Shown piece after piece: positions 24,291 to 37,821 of a stretch of 64,000 nucleotides of DNA. This DNA comes from Octopus sinensis. Lineage: Eukaryota. The position numbers and the translations under genes are program-made. The notes beneath the pieces were generated by a model that worked only from the letters and a program-made list of their open reading frames with translations, was not told the origin of the DNA and made no database searches. The stretch's first letter is position 1; every line of letters starts with the position of its first letter. Where the stretch lies: positions 14,322,001 through 14,386,000 of the forward strand of contig NC_043001.1 of assembly GCF_006345805.1 (NCBI RefSeq), given 5' to 3'.

Positions 24291-25403
24291 TTTTACTTGT
24301 TTCATTTGACTGTGGCCATACTGGAGCACCACCTCAGAGGATTTTTTATTCAAAGAAATCAACCACAACGATGGGCTTCTTTCAGTTTCCATCTACCAAA
24401 TCCACTCACAATGCTTTGGTTGGCCTGAGGCTATAGTAGAAGATACTTGCCCAAGGTGCCATGCAGTGGGACTGAACCCTGAATTACTACACAGCTCACA
24501 CCCGTGCCAATTATTTGATAATAAAAATATAAGATCTTTTTTAAGCATCAACTGGCTACGAGGGTCTAGTTGAATAAAATGGGAATCAAAGGGGCCCAGA
24601 GGCCAAAATATAGTTGAGAACCACTGGTCCAACACAAGGGAAATCTAGCTATTTTTTGTTGCAGGTTAAGCAACAGCATACAGGCCCTCTAGTTACCCAG
24701 CAAGGCCAAGAGGAGGGGATAAAATCAACTATCATACTTCTATGATAATCATCATCATCATCATCATCGTTTAACGTCCGTTTTCCATGCTAGCATGGGT
24801 TGGATGGTTCAACTGGGGTCTGGGAAGCCTGAAGGCTGCACCAGGCGTTTTACTTGTTTCATTTGACTGTGGCCATACTGGAGCACCACCTCAGAGGATT
24901 TTTTATTCAAAGAAATCAACCACAACGATGGGCTTCTTTCAGTTTCCATCTACCAAATCCACTCACAATGCTTTGGTTGGCCTGAGGCTATAGTAGAAGA
25001 TACTTGCCCAAGGTGCCATGCAGTGGGACTGAACCCTGAATTACTACACAGCTCACACCTGTGCCAATTATTTGATAATAAAAATATAAGATCTTTTTTA
25101 AGCATCAAATGGCTACGAGGGTCTAGTTGAATAAAATAGGAATCAAAGGGGCCCAGAGGCCAAAATATAGTTGAGAACCACTGGTCCAACACAAGGGAAA
25201 TCTAGCTATTTTTTGTTGCAGGTTAAGCAACAGCATACAGGCCCTCTAGTTACCCAGCAAGGCCAAGAGGAGGGGATAAAATCAACTATCATACTTCTAT
25301 GATAATCATCATCATCATCATCATCGTTTAACGTCCGTTTTCCATGCTAGCATGGGTTGGATGGTTCAACTGGGGTCTGGGAAGCCTGAAGGCTGCACCA
25401 GGC
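24291..25403. repeat. 557-bp near-identical tandem duplication
   Basis: 24291-24846 is repeated at 24848-25403; near-identical ORFs are offset by 557. Confidence 0.92.
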
Positions 25404-25979
25404 CAGTCAGATCTGGTAGTGTTTCTACAGCTGGATGCCCTTCCTAACGCCAACCACTCCGTGAGTGTAGTGGGTGCTTTTTATGTGCCACCAACACAGG
25501 TGCCAGACGAGGCTGTCGAACAGCCACGATCGGATGGTGTTTGTTATGTGCCCACAGCACGGAGGTCAGTCGATGCGTTACTGGCTACGGCGATGTTCGG
25601 ATGGTTTTCTTATATGCAAATAATGGAGTCCTAAATACAGTTTGTATCAAATGGCTATGGTGGAAATATTTTTGATCATACCTGGATTATGCATAATCTA
25701 TGTAGAATTATTCCCAACATGGGATGAGGTGGTCAAGCATGACCTTCGAACGTTGGGCCTCACAGAGACAATGCCAAAAGACCAAGACCTCTGGAGATAT
25801 GCTGTGACTGCGAAGACCTGACAAATGAAGTGAGTCCATGGCTCGCAGGACGGCCTGCTGTGCTTACCTTGGATTGTAGGGCGACCTGCTGTGCTTGAGG
25901 AGACCTATTGAATCAAGTGCATCAACATCAAAATAAGGATCAAGTGTGTGTGTATATATATATATATATACATATAAGT

Positions 25980-26285
25980 GGAGGCGCAATGGCTCAGTGG
26001 TAAGAGCAGTGGACTCGCGGTTGTAGGAGCGCAGTTTCGATTCCCAGACCGAGCGTTGTGAGTGTTTATTGAGCGAAAACACCTAAAGCTCCATGAGGCT
26101 TCGGCAGGGGATGGTGGCGAACCCTGCTGTACTCTTTTGCCATAACTTTCTCTCACTCTTTCTTCTGTTGGCCTGCTCACTTAGCCAGCAGGGTGGCGTC
26201 ACTTGAAGGCTAAAACAATGCGAAGCGCATTGTGACCAGCAATTTGTAGCAACATCTGATAGCCTGGTCAGTCATGGTGATCACG
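25980..26285 (+). mobile_element. SINE family 3, full-length
   Basis: ggaggcgcaatggctcagtggtaagagcagtggactcgcgg ... catggtgatcacgg. Confidence 0.88.
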
Positions 26286-27387
26286 GTGGTCCCCCGTGCT
26301 GGTGGCACGTAAAAAGCACCATCCAATCGTGGCCATTTGCTAACCTCGTCTGGCACCTGTGCAGGTGGCACATAAAAACACCCACTACACTCTCGGAGTG
26401 GTTGGCATTAGGAAGGGCATCCAGCTGTAGAAACACTGCCAGATCAGACTGGGCCTGGCGCAGCCTTCTGGCTTCCCAGACCCCGGTTGAACCGTCCAAC
26501 CCATGCTAGCATGGAGAACGGATGTTAAACGATGATGATGATGATATATATATATACACACTGCTGCAACAGCTCATCAGACAAGATTTTTAGTTAGTCT
26601 TGGTGAGATCTGAACACAGAAACCAGAGGAAAAGTACAAAATACCAATGTTACACTCCATTTTTCTATTTTTCTTCTACTCATCATCTCACAACTTTTGT
26701 CTGAGAAACAATAAATCAAGAATTTTCTTATGTCTTGCAAGAATTCGTTGGGCATTTGTTTTGTTTTTTGGGGGGGTTATTTTTCATTTTTTTTTTGGTT
26801 TCTTCTTTTTTATTCTCTCCAGCCCATTGTTGGCGCTAACCATCTCCAGAAATACTTTCAATAACATTTTTAATGAACCAATAACATTATAACGAAATGT
26901 CAACAGTTTAATTAAATATTGAAGCACTGCTAGAATCATGGCTGACAGGATGGCAATGACATTTGCAGACAAATCAAGTTTATCTTCAATTACTGTTTAA
27001 TCAATAGTTCGACAGCTCACTAATGTATTCTTTATCTATTGTCAGAAAAATTGAGAGAACAGCTTTCTTTCCACAGAATTGTACTACATACACAGTATTC
27101 TATCAGATGTCTTTTGTATTACTCTTGCAATCACAGTTCTTTACTAAAGGAGACGCTACGAGTCATCGTCATCATTGTCTATTCACCGTGTTTCCATGGG
27201 TTGGACAGAATTTGTTGGGGTGAGGTTTTTTTTTATACAGCTGGATGCCTTTACTGTCATCAACACTCACCAGTTTGCGAGTAAGGGAATATACTACCAC
27301 CACTGACCCTCATGGGCAGAGACATGTTTTCATAGAAGATTGGAAATCAACAACACTGCGTGCATGACAGTGTCACTCGTTTACAAA

Positions 27388-27779
27388 TCTCTCTCTATAT
27401 AAAGCTGAAGTTGTCTGTGTATGGCAAGTTTGGTAGCCTTCAACTAACACGGTCTCCTCCGAGACCCTGCGGTGCAAGTTGACCAAAATTGAGAGTATGA
27501 TAGAAGAAGGCTTACTCTTCCTTCCGTAGAAGAAAAAATTCAAATCGGACTATGTTAACACCAAAAATTACTAACATCAAAAAGGTGCTTTTTTCCTATG
27601 AAAATCCCTATTTTTTACGATTTTTTGACTGCTGTGTCGCCATTTTTCAGTGTATTTCAACCAGAAAAATGTTCACTTAAAGAGAATAACAAGCTACATA
27701 ATGCAAAATTTTTACTTTTCAAAAATTCCAATTCTAAAGGGTCGAAACAAACCCGAGCAACGCCGGGCGATACTGCTAG
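27388..27779 (+). mobile_element. Non-autonomous Helitron
   Basis: A|TCtctctctatataaag 5' end; subterminal hairpin cccgagcaacgccggg; 3' CTAG|T. Confidence 0.8.
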
Positions 27780-29009
27780 TATAACATAACGTTGAGACAA
27801 GACAGTAAAAAACACATATATATACATATATACGACAGGCTTCTTTCAGTTTCCGTCTACCAAATCCACTCACAAGGCTTTGGTCAGCCTGAGGTTATAG
27901 TAGAAGACACTTACCCAAGGTGCCATGCAGTGGGACTGAACCTGGAACCATGTGGTTGAGAAGACAGCTTCTTGCCACACAGTGGGATGGAACCTGGAAC
28001 CATGTGGCTGGGAATCTAGCTTCTTCCCACACAGCCACACCTGCACCTATGCCTACCTTTCAATCACAAACAGTATAATGACTAAAGACACACACACACA
28101 CACACACATATATCTTTATTCTTTTACTAGTTTCAATCATAGGACCGTGGCCATGCTGGAGTACTTTCTTAAAGTCTTAATCATTCGTATCAATCCCAAT
28201 ACTTCACTCAACGATCAATTCACTAGTAGGCTAAGTCCACTGTGAGGTACATCCCTTTTTAGGGTGTTACTTTTTCTTAGGGAGTTAAACTCACTTTAAA
28301 CAATCTACACCAGTGTATACAAACACGAATATGGTTGAGTCAATGTAAAAGCCTCTATGTGGTTACTCAACCAGCTAGAAAAAGCAGCCAAACCTCCCTC
28401 AACTTTTATTCCTACCCTCTTAAAAAGGACATACTGGATTCTCTTATTTTGGGATTCAATGGACTTAAGGAAGAAAATGGATTAGTGACATCTTGAATGC
28501 TTTTGATCATAGGTCTACTCAATCAGGGCTGCTCTAGGGCCACACAAAACCAGAAATGGGGACACACACATTTATGCATGCACACACACACACGCACATG
28601 CGCGCGCACACACACACAGGCATACATCTATATCTTGTACCTTGAGGGTACATCGCACCATCTCTATCTCATTTTCCAGCAGGGGAAGCCATGAATTCAC
28701 CTTTTCAGAAAAACACCTGTTCCTTTCACCTGTATCATATTTTCACAGTCTTCAATATTATATCCCTGCTCAGTTGAGGGGCCTGTCTTGCAAGTATTTT
28801 GGGTACCACAACAAAAGCCCCCAATACAACCTGTAAAGTGGTTGGCATTGGGAAGGGTATCCAACAGTAGAAACCATACCAAAGCAGACCTTAGGGCTTG
28901 GCACAGTCCTCTAGCTCATCAGTTCCTGTCAAGCTATCCAACTCATGCCCACATGAAAGAAAAGACATTTAGTGATGCCATTGATATATATATACATATA
29001 TAGATACAT

Positions 29010-29550
29010 ACATAACCTCGTGGCCTATGCCAGGGGAGTAACCAGCCCACTTATGCGTACCTTTCCTTCATTGGACACTAATTTGATGACTGGTATCCAT
29101 GCTAGTGGAGCGCTAAGAGCACCATCCAAGCGGGATCATTGCCAGAGTGGTTAACTGGCTTCCATACCAGTGGCACGTAAAAACCACTATTCAAGTGTTA
29201 TCATTACCAGCGTCGCTTTACTGGCACTTGTGCCGGTAGCATGTGAAAAACAACATTCGAGCGAGGTCATTGCCAGTTCCACTGGACTGGCTCCTGTGCA
29301 GGTGGCATGTCAAAAGCACCATTTGAGCATGGTCGTTGCCAGTACCGCCTAACTGGCCCTCGTGCCAGTGGCACGTAAAAGCACCCACTACACTCTCGGA
29401 CTGGTTGGCGTTAGGAAGGGCATCCAGCGGTAGAAACTCTGCCAGATCAGACTGGAGCCTGGTGCAGCCATCTGGTTCGCCAGTCCTCAGTCAAATCGTC
29501 CAACCCATGCTAGCATGGAAAGCGGACGTTAAACGATGATGATGATGATA
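29010..29550 (+). mobile_element. RTE LINE 3'UTR fragment with (GAT)n tail
   Basis: ggttggcgttaggaagggcatccagc ... catgctagcatggaaagcggacgttaaacgatgat, as at 62740-62898. Confidence 0.85.
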
Positions 29551-29677
29551 CACATGTGTGCATTCACATACACACAGAATCTAGAAAACTTTTCGCTTCA
29601 TTGCATTCTAAGACAACGGGAAACACTTTAGGTGGGGGGTATGCTATGAGGTAGACATAGCATACCCCACCCCATTA

Positions 29678-30098
29678 AAGGCGACGAGCTGGCAGAATCA
29701 CTAGCACGCCAGGCAAAATGCTTAGCGGTATTTCATCTGCCACTACGTTCTGAGTTCAAATTCCGCCAAGGTCGACTTTGCCTTTCATCCTTTCGGAGTC
29801 GATAAATTAAGTACCAGTTACGCACTGGGGTCGATGTAATCGACTTAATCCGTTTGTCTGTCCTTGTTTGTCCTCTCTGTGTTTAGCTCCTTGTGGGTAG
29901 TAAAGAAATAGGTATTTCATCTACTGTTACGTTCTGAGTTCAAATTCCGCCAAGGTCGATTTTGCCTTTCATCCTTTCGGAGTCGATAAATTAAGTACCA
30001 GTTACGCACTGGGGTCGATGTAATCGACTTAATCCGTTTGTCTGTCCTTGTTTGTCCTCTCTGTGTTTAGCCCCTTGTGGGTAGTAAAGAAATAGGTA
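29678..30098 (+). mobile_element. SINE family 2, dimeric body
   Basis: Head followed by two bodies joined at aaagaaata|ggtatttc. Confidence 0.88.
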
Positions 30099-31730
30099 TG
30101 CTATGTGGTAGAAATGAAGGAAGGACAAGGGTTGTGGATGGGGAGTAGAAAATTGTGGTTTATGCAAAAAATTTGTGGCAACAGACACAGATGATGGGAA
30201 TAATGCATACATTGACGGTGAGACGTTAGAGAGAGAGAAGTATCTGGTAATGGAAACGGTAGAGCGTTATTGTAATTGGAATCAATACAGGATTTGCATA
30301 TTTTGTTTCATAATATTGATCTTGGATGATAATGGTAATATTGGTGCCAGGAAATTACAGAACATTAGGCAACAGGAGGAGAAGAAAGATAAAGATGGTG
30401 TAATGCTAATAGGAATCAGTGTTGTTGTTGTTGTTTTTTTTTATTATGGGATAAACATTACAGACGTTAAACACAAGCAGACGTCTGCGACACAGATGCT
30501 GCCTTACCTGTAATTTTACCATTAAAGAACGTGAAGAGACGTCTAGGCAGTCACTCAACGTGCTAGAAATAGCAGTCGAATCTTCCTCAATTTGGAAAGT
30601 GGTTGGCATTAAGGGAAAACATCCAGTTGTTATATATACCCATAATAACGAAGCAGACATTGGAGCTTGACAGCATCGTCTGGTTCGGTTCGTTGGTACC
30701 TGTCGAACTATCCAACCGATGCCAGCATAGAAAAAGGGGTGTTAAAGGGGGGGCAGCGGTGGTGGTGGTGGTGGTGGTGGAGGAGGAGGGGGGTGGAGGA
30801 GAAGGAGAGGGTGGTGGTGGTGGAGGAGGAGGAGGGTGATGGAGGGTGGTGGTGGTGGTGGTATAGGGGTGGTGGAGGAGAGGGTGGTGGTGGTGGTGGA
30901 GAGGTTGGTGGTGGAGGAGGAGAGGGGTGGAGGAGGAGAGGGGGTGGAGGAGGAGAAGAAGAGAGATGGTGGCGGTGGTGGAGGAGGAGAAGAAGAGAGA
31001 TGGTGGCGGTGGCAGTGATGGCAGTGGTGGTGGTGGTGGTGGTGGTGGTATAGCCCAGGCTACATTGTGGCATTGCTGATATTCCTCTAATCTTAGCTCT
31101 GCTTAATTAGGGTTGAACTATGGCTAAGCAACAACAACAACAACAACAACAACAGCAACAATGTTAGAACCAACAACGCAGCCTCTGTGATTACTCGACC
31201 TGCTAGAGACACCAGCCAAATCACACTCCAGTTAGGCAGCCATGCATTTCCTCTACAGCAAGACACCTATTTCTGTCCCTTTATCCACACGCTGACCTCT
31301 CATCTCCCAGCAGAAGCCCACCTTCCCCAAATACAACTTCCCACTCAGGTGAAGGGTCCTGTCTTGAAAGCTAGCTGGAGTAATCATTGCAGCTGGGGCC
31401 CATGTAAAATGGTTGTAAAGGGCATCCAATTATAGGGACCATGCTAAAACAGACAGTAGGGCTTGGTGCGGTGTTTTGGTTGTCAGTTCGTGTCGAACAA
31501 CTCAACCCATACCAGCATAATCTTTTCTACTCAAGGCACAGGGCTCGAAATTTTGGGGGAGGGGGCCAGTCAATGAGATTGACCCCAGTACACAACTGGT
31601 ACTTAATTTACCAATCCCGAAAGGATGAATGGCAAAGTCAACCTTGACGGAATTTGAACTCAGAACATAAAGACAGATGAAATACTGCTAAGCATCTCGC
31701 CCGGCATGTTAAACTTTCACCAGCTCACCA

Positions 31731-31771
<41 letters not shown>

Positions 31772-31782
31772 TATATATTATA

Positions 31783-32210
31783 TAATCAAAACAAGCAACA
31801 AGAATAACTTCGGTAATTTGGTACGATCGTTTCACACTACATCATTTTATTAAATGTTGTAATACTTACAACATTTAACAAAATGTGTGCCGGTGGCACG
31901 TAAAAAGCACCCACTACACTCATGGAGTGGTTGGCGTTAGGAAGGGCATCCAGCCGTAGAAACATTGCCAGATCAAACTGGGCCTGGCTTCCCAGACCCC
32001 AGCTGAACTGTCCAACCCATGCTAGCATGGAAAGCGGACGCTAAACGATGATGATGATGATTGATGATGATATGTAGTGCGAAACGATCGTACAAATTAC
32101 CGAAGTTATTCTTTGCTTATTTTGATTATAATCACCCCATAGATTTATATGGATACACCATACAGAATTCTGGTGCATCTAACTTAAGTACCATATTCAT
32201 TTGAATCTCT
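31783..32210. mobile_element. Inverted pair of Penelope-like family C fragments around an RTE tail
   Basis: 31783-31842 is the reverse complement of 32072-32130 (gaaacgatcgta); homologue at 63028-63150. Confidence 0.6.
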
Positions 32211-32678
32211 TCTATAATATATATATATATTATATATATAGATATATATATATAGATATATATATATATATAGATATATATATAATATCATCATATCATC
32301 ATTTAACGTCGTCTCCATGCTAGCATGGGTTGGACGTTCGACCGGGGATCTGGGAAGCCAGAAGGGCCACCAGGCTCCGGTCTTATCTGGCAATGTTTCT
32401 ACAGCTGGATGCCCTTCTAACGCCAACCACTCCGTGAGTGTAGTGGGTGCTTTTTACGTGCCACCTGCACTGGTTCCAGGCGAGGCTAGCATTGGGCACG
32501 TCAGATTGGTGCATTTTACGTGCCACCTGCACGGAAGCCAGTCGAGGCGGCACTGGCTTCGGCCACGATTCAGATGGTGCTTTTTACATGCCACCGACAC
32601 TGAAGCCAGTCCGGGTCCTGGCATCTGCCGGTGCCAGTCATAGGATTAGTTCAATTTCGATTCCGATTTCGATTATAT

Positions 32679-32724
<46 letters not shown>

Positions 32725-33084
32725 TATTATATATGCAGGTATGCATGTATATATAACACACATACACATATATACACACACACACACACACACCACACAG
32801 TATTGAGGTTATAGGTGATGAGTCACTCATACTAAGGTTCACTGATGTGTCAACCCTGTAATATTGATTATTTAGCAATGACCAGGAAAACTGTCAGAAG
32901 ATTCTCCGTGTGTTTATAGAAAGATTACTGAAATCTATATTAACTTCAAATGAATTGCAACGATTCTTCAAACCGTTTTTGCTGTTTAGCCCCAGGTCAC
33001 CTCAGATGAAGCAGACCTATGATCAAAGGATTTCATTGATTGACCATTCACTTTTGTTTTGAGAAATTCTGAAGAACTTACATT

Positions 33085-33492
33085 ACTCTTACTCTCTTTT
33101 ACTCTTTTACTTGTTTCAGTCATTTAACTGTGGCCATGCTGGAGCACCGTCTTTTAGTCGAGCAAATCGACCCCGGGACTTATTCTTTGTAAGCCCAGTA
33201 CTTATTCTATCGGTCTCTTTTGCCGAACCGCTAAGTGACGGGGACGTAAACACACCAGCATCGGTTGTCAAGCAATGCTAGAGGGACAAACACAGACACA
33301 CAAACATATACATACACATACATATATATACATATATATGACAGTTTCCGTCTACCAAATCCACTCACAAGGCATTGGTCGGCCCGGGGCTATAGCAGAA
33401 GACACTTACCCAAGATTCCACGCAGTGGGACTGAACCCAGAACCATGTGGTTGGTAGGCAAACTACTTACCACACAGCCACTCCTGCGCCTA
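33085..33492 (-). mobile_element. SINE family 1, near full-length
   Basis: Tail ctcttttacttgtttcagtc to head cagccactcctgcgcc. Confidence 0.9.
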
Positions 33493-33866
33493 TTAATCAA
33501 TATATCCTTCCAATTTTTGTAGCAGTTTGATCTGAGGCAGATTTAGTTGCTATTTCTTGCACATCATGTGATCACGTATACTTTCTCAGATGCAGTATGG
33601 AGTTTTGTCAGTGAACAGGTCACGGTCTCAAAGCGACGAAAATATTTTGGCAAATTAAATTTAAATGTTGAAGTGAATCTAACGGATTTTGTGTGTTTCT
33701 TAAATGTCTTATAAACACCTTCCACACTGCAATTGTCTTCGTTCCTGTTCCAGCACACGATCTCAGATCAGGTCACTTGCTATGCAAGTACATCTCGGTA
33801 ATATATATTTATATACCTATTTACATATGTGTGTGTGTGTAGAAGGTTGAAAAGAAACACACAAGT

Positions 33867-33910
<44 letters not shown>

Positions 33911-33914
<4 letters not shown>

Positions 33915-34121
33915 ATCCACACAAGAAAACACAAAAAAAAAACACAAAAAAACACTACCGCGAGGACGTGGAAAAAATAAAGTATTATTGGACGCTCAGG
34001 AAAAAAGGGAAGAAGGAGGGTTTAACATTTCGAGCAGAGCTTTCATCATCAGAAACATAGGAGAAGGAAAGATCCCGAGAAGGGAAGACAGAGGAAAAAA
34101 AAATCGATGGTTGTACTCACG
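33911..34121 (-). mobile_element. Penelope-like terminal repeat with degenerate hammerhead (family D, 34020-34056)
   Basis: gttt CUGAUGA tgaaagc tct gctc GAAA tg UU aaac; embedded in (TA)n. Confidence 0.55.
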
Positions 34122-35024
34122 ATATATATTATATATATATATATAGATTATATATATATATATATATATATATATAACACACATATACATACATACATAT
34201 TATATACATATATGTATGTATATATGTATGTGTGTGTGTGAAATTCTACTAATCTATATATATGATGAACTTACACACAGTTTCCATCTACCAAATTCAC
34301 TCACAGGGCATAGCTCGGCCCGTGGAGCTATAGCAGATGACACTTGCTCAAGCTACTATGCACTGGGACTGAACCCCAAACTGTGAGGTTTCTAAACAAG
34401 CTCCTTAACCACACAGCCACACCTTGTGTATGTGATCTTTCTTTGAATAGATTTTTCAGTGGTAACCGTCAGCACAAAGAGATTGCATTGTTATGTATCG
34501 TTATGTACCTGTTTGTCTGAATGTGTTTTTATTACTTGACATTGTGTAATTGTTTTCATTTACAGTTTGACTCCAAACTAACCCGTCGTTGTCGTCGTCG
34601 TTTTATGACATGTCGAACACAGCTGGGTCAAGGACCTACCATTTGAATAACTTGATAACAGTGCAACATTTCAAAAGTAACATTACTTTTCTGCTTCGTA
34701 ATCTGAGATAATAATAATAAAAAGAAAAATGTTAACCATCTAACTTTACAGTTTTTAAGATATCAGAGAAAACACTCCAGAAAGAGTGCGGGGGGGGGGG
34801 ACACTTGAGAAAGATAAAACTCTCAAGATAGAAAAGGCACTCAAGTTAGAGGACAGACACAAGATAGAGAGAATACTCAAAAAACTGAGAAGACACTTAA
34901 AGACGGAGAAGGGACTGCATATAAGACACTTGAATAGTCAATGATAGAAATAAGCTTTCAGCAGCTGCATCTTATCTCTTGGATGTGTCGGTTGTTATTG
35001 TTTAAACCCAGGTCAGCTCATGTA

Positions 35025-35325
35025 AAATGAAATTATTGTGCACAGTACTCAGGTGCACTGCAGTTTATTGAAGGTGCATGTACAGTGCATAGAATTATGT
35101 ACAAAAGCCAGGAAAGTGAACAGTGTATGAGTCCAGATATACATGTGTGCATGCGTATGGAGGTGGAGATCTCAGGTGTGGTGTTGGTGAATTTAGGGAA
35201 GCATGGTGGTTTTAAAGGATGCAATGTCTCAGCAGCTAACAATTGATGCAGGTAGTTTGTTCCATGCTTCAGTGCGAAAAAATGTTTCAGAAAGTCATGG
35301 GAGCTGTGCTGTTTTCTGACATTGT
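35025..35325 (-). mobile_element. CR1/L2-like LINE 3' end
   Basis: YNVRKQHSSHDFLKHFF...EAWNKLPASIVS..SFK, a typical FF..R....WN.LP....SFK C-terminus. Confidence 0.7.
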
Positions 35326-35690
35326 AGGCACAGGAGTGGCTGCATGGTAAGAAGTTTGCTTCCCAACCACATGGTTCTGGGTTCAGTCCCACTGTGTGAC
35401 ACCTTGAGCAAGTGTCTTCTAGCTATAGCTCATGCCATAGCGACCAAAGCCTTTGAGTGGATTTGGTAGACGGAAACTTGAAGACTAAGCCCATCGTGTA
35501 TGTATTGTGTGCGTTTGACAACCCCAATTGTTGGTTGTGTGTTTACAACCCTGTAACAGTGGCTCAGCAAAAGAGACTGATAGAATAAGTACTAGGCTTA
35601 CAAAGAATAAGTCCCAGGGTCGATTTGTTCGAGTAAAGGCGCTGCTCCAGCATGGCCACAATCAAATGACTGAAACAAGTAAAAGAATAG
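35326..35690 (+). mobile_element. SINE family 1
   Basis: ggcacaggagtggctgcatggtaag head to gactgaaacaagtaaaag tail. Confidence 0.85.
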
Positions 35691-36224
35691 AATGCCCACA
35701 TGTGTTAGACATGTGGGAATTCAAAAAGCTGTTCAAGGTTGTTGTTGGCACGTTGGTTAATAATTTAGAACAGAGACCCCTACTTAAAGGCACTCCAGTC
35801 ACAACCACTCCCATTCTTATCAAAGCATAAGGTAAAGGCAAAGTTACCATCTCAAGTCATGTTGACCCATAAGGGCCAGTTTCCCGGTTTCATGGCGTAT
35901 ATATTCCGTACCTGGACAGGACACAGGTCCAACACAGGGTTACTCCTCTTTGCCAGCTGAGTGGACTGGAGCAACGAGAGACGAAGTGTTTTGCTCCAGA
36001 ACACAATGTGTCACCTGGTCCAGGAATCGAAACCACAATCTTACAATCATGAATCCAACACCCTAACCACTAAACCACGCACCAACAGAATCCAGAATGA
36101 CGAGTGTTCCAGGTGATCTGATCAACAGAACAACCAACTTGTGAAATTAATGTGCAAGTGGCTGAGTACTCCACAGACTAACATACCCTTAATGTAGTTC
36201 TCAAGGACATTTAGTGGGACACAG

Positions 36225-36845
36225 ATTATGATATGAGGAAGATTTAGCTGCTATTTCTAGTATATCAAACGGCCACATAAAGGCTACTTCATGGACTCAA
36301 GACGACAGAATGTAATATGAAGATTTAGCTGCTATTTCTAGTATATCAAATGACCACATAAAGGCCACATCATAGTATAAAGGACTTCATGTATACAGGG
36401 CTCAGTTGCACTACATCATCATTAAGATGACAGAATGCAGTATGAAGATTTAGCTGCTATTTCTAGTCTATGAAATGACCACACAAAGGCAACATCATTG
36501 AATCTTCAAGATGACAGAATGTGATATGATGGAGATTTAACTGCTATTTCTAATATATCAAACGGCCACATAAATGCTATTTGATGGACTCAAGCGACAG
36601 AATGCAATATGAAGATTTAGCTGCTATTTCTAGTCTATCAAACGACCACACAAAGGAAACATCATTGACACTTCAAAATGACAGAATGTGATATGATAAA
36701 GATTTAGCTGCTATTTCTAGTATATCAAATGACCACATAAAGGCCAATGTCATTGACTCTTCAAGATGACAGAATGCAATATGAAGTTTTAGCTGCTATT
36801 TCTAGTCTATCAAACGACCACATAAAGGCCAATGTCATTGACTCA
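36225..36845. repeat. Diverged tandem array, about 7 units of 80-125 bp
   Basis: Recurring gacagaatg...gatttagctgctatttctagt.tatcaaa..accaca.aaagg. Confidence 0.88.
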
Positions 36846-37574
36846 GAAGTGTGGCTCTGTTCCCTTTTATGAATGAAGGAAAGGATTGTTGTGGAAATGT
36901 TGAACCAAATTAGCAGATGACTTAATTGTGCCTTTAATGTAACCACTGGAAGGTTGCAAATAACATGAAATAATAATGAATGATAATAGATGATGATAAA
37001 TAGCCATTGTAGGGCAGGCAGATAAGTATTTGGTGGACTTTGATAGGAATTTGGTCAGCAGTACTTCTGTTGGTTGCTGGTTGCTGTTTGTTCTTACAAT
37101 AATTACTTGTAAATAGTTTTGTCAACTGTGGGGACATGGTAAATGTGGATTGTGTTACCGAAAGGAGAAAAGGACAAAAAAGAGAGAGAGAGAGAGAGGG
37201 AGAAAGACAGAGAGAAACTGGAGAACAAATAGAGAGGCTAAGGAAATTACAGAATGACAGAAAGAGAGAGAGAGAGAGAGGAAGACACAGAGATAGAGAA
37301 GGAGAGAGAGAGGAAGGTAGACAAAGAGAGAGATTAACCTCCAACGCCGGGCGAAATGCGTAGCCGTATTTCGTCTGTCGTTAGGTTCTGAGTTCAAATT
37401 CCGCCGAGGTCGACTTTGCCTTTCATCCTTTCGGGGTCGATAAATTAAGTACTAGTTGTGCACTGGGGTCGATGTAATCGACTTGATCCGTTTGTCTGTT
37501 CTTGTTTGTCCTCTCCGTGTTTAGCCCCTTGTGGGTAGTAAAGAAATATATGAACAGTGTATCTAGGACTATAG

Positions 37575-37821
37575 TGGAGGCTCGTGGCTTAGTGGTTAGG
37601 GTGTTGAACTCATGATCGTAAGGTTGTGGTTTCGATTCTTGGACCAGGCGATGCATTGTGTTCTTGAGCAAAACACTTCATTTCCCCGTTGCTCCAGTCT
37701 ACTCAGCCGGCAAAAATAAGTAATACTGTGACGGACCGGCATCCTGTCCGGGTGGGGAATTTCTACGCCACTGAAACCAGGAAACCGGCCCTTATGAGCC
37801 TGGCATGGCTCAAGAAGGAAC
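37575..37821 (+). mobile_element. SINE with family-4 head and an alternative 3' end
   Basis: gtggcttagtggttagggtg head; tail gaaaccggcccttatgagcctggcatggctcaagaaggaac, also seen at about 2190-2275. Confidence 0.7.

Noticed and set aside
26784-26972. Hydrophobic 62-aa minus-strand ORF in unique DNA
   Set aside because: No recognisable homology, no ATG start, no convincing splice donor.
30406-30660. Minus-strand ORF with CAG|gtaagg donor
   Set aside because: Largely composed of repeat fragments with no RasGRP similarity.
33590-33800. Possible fifth hammerhead in a Penelope-like fragment
   Set aside because: Core reads cagtgaac...ctcaaa rather than CUGANGA...GAAA; not supportable.
36225-36845. 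CRISPR-like repeat-spacer appearance
   Set aside because: Eukaryotic context, spacers homologous to each other, no cas genes.
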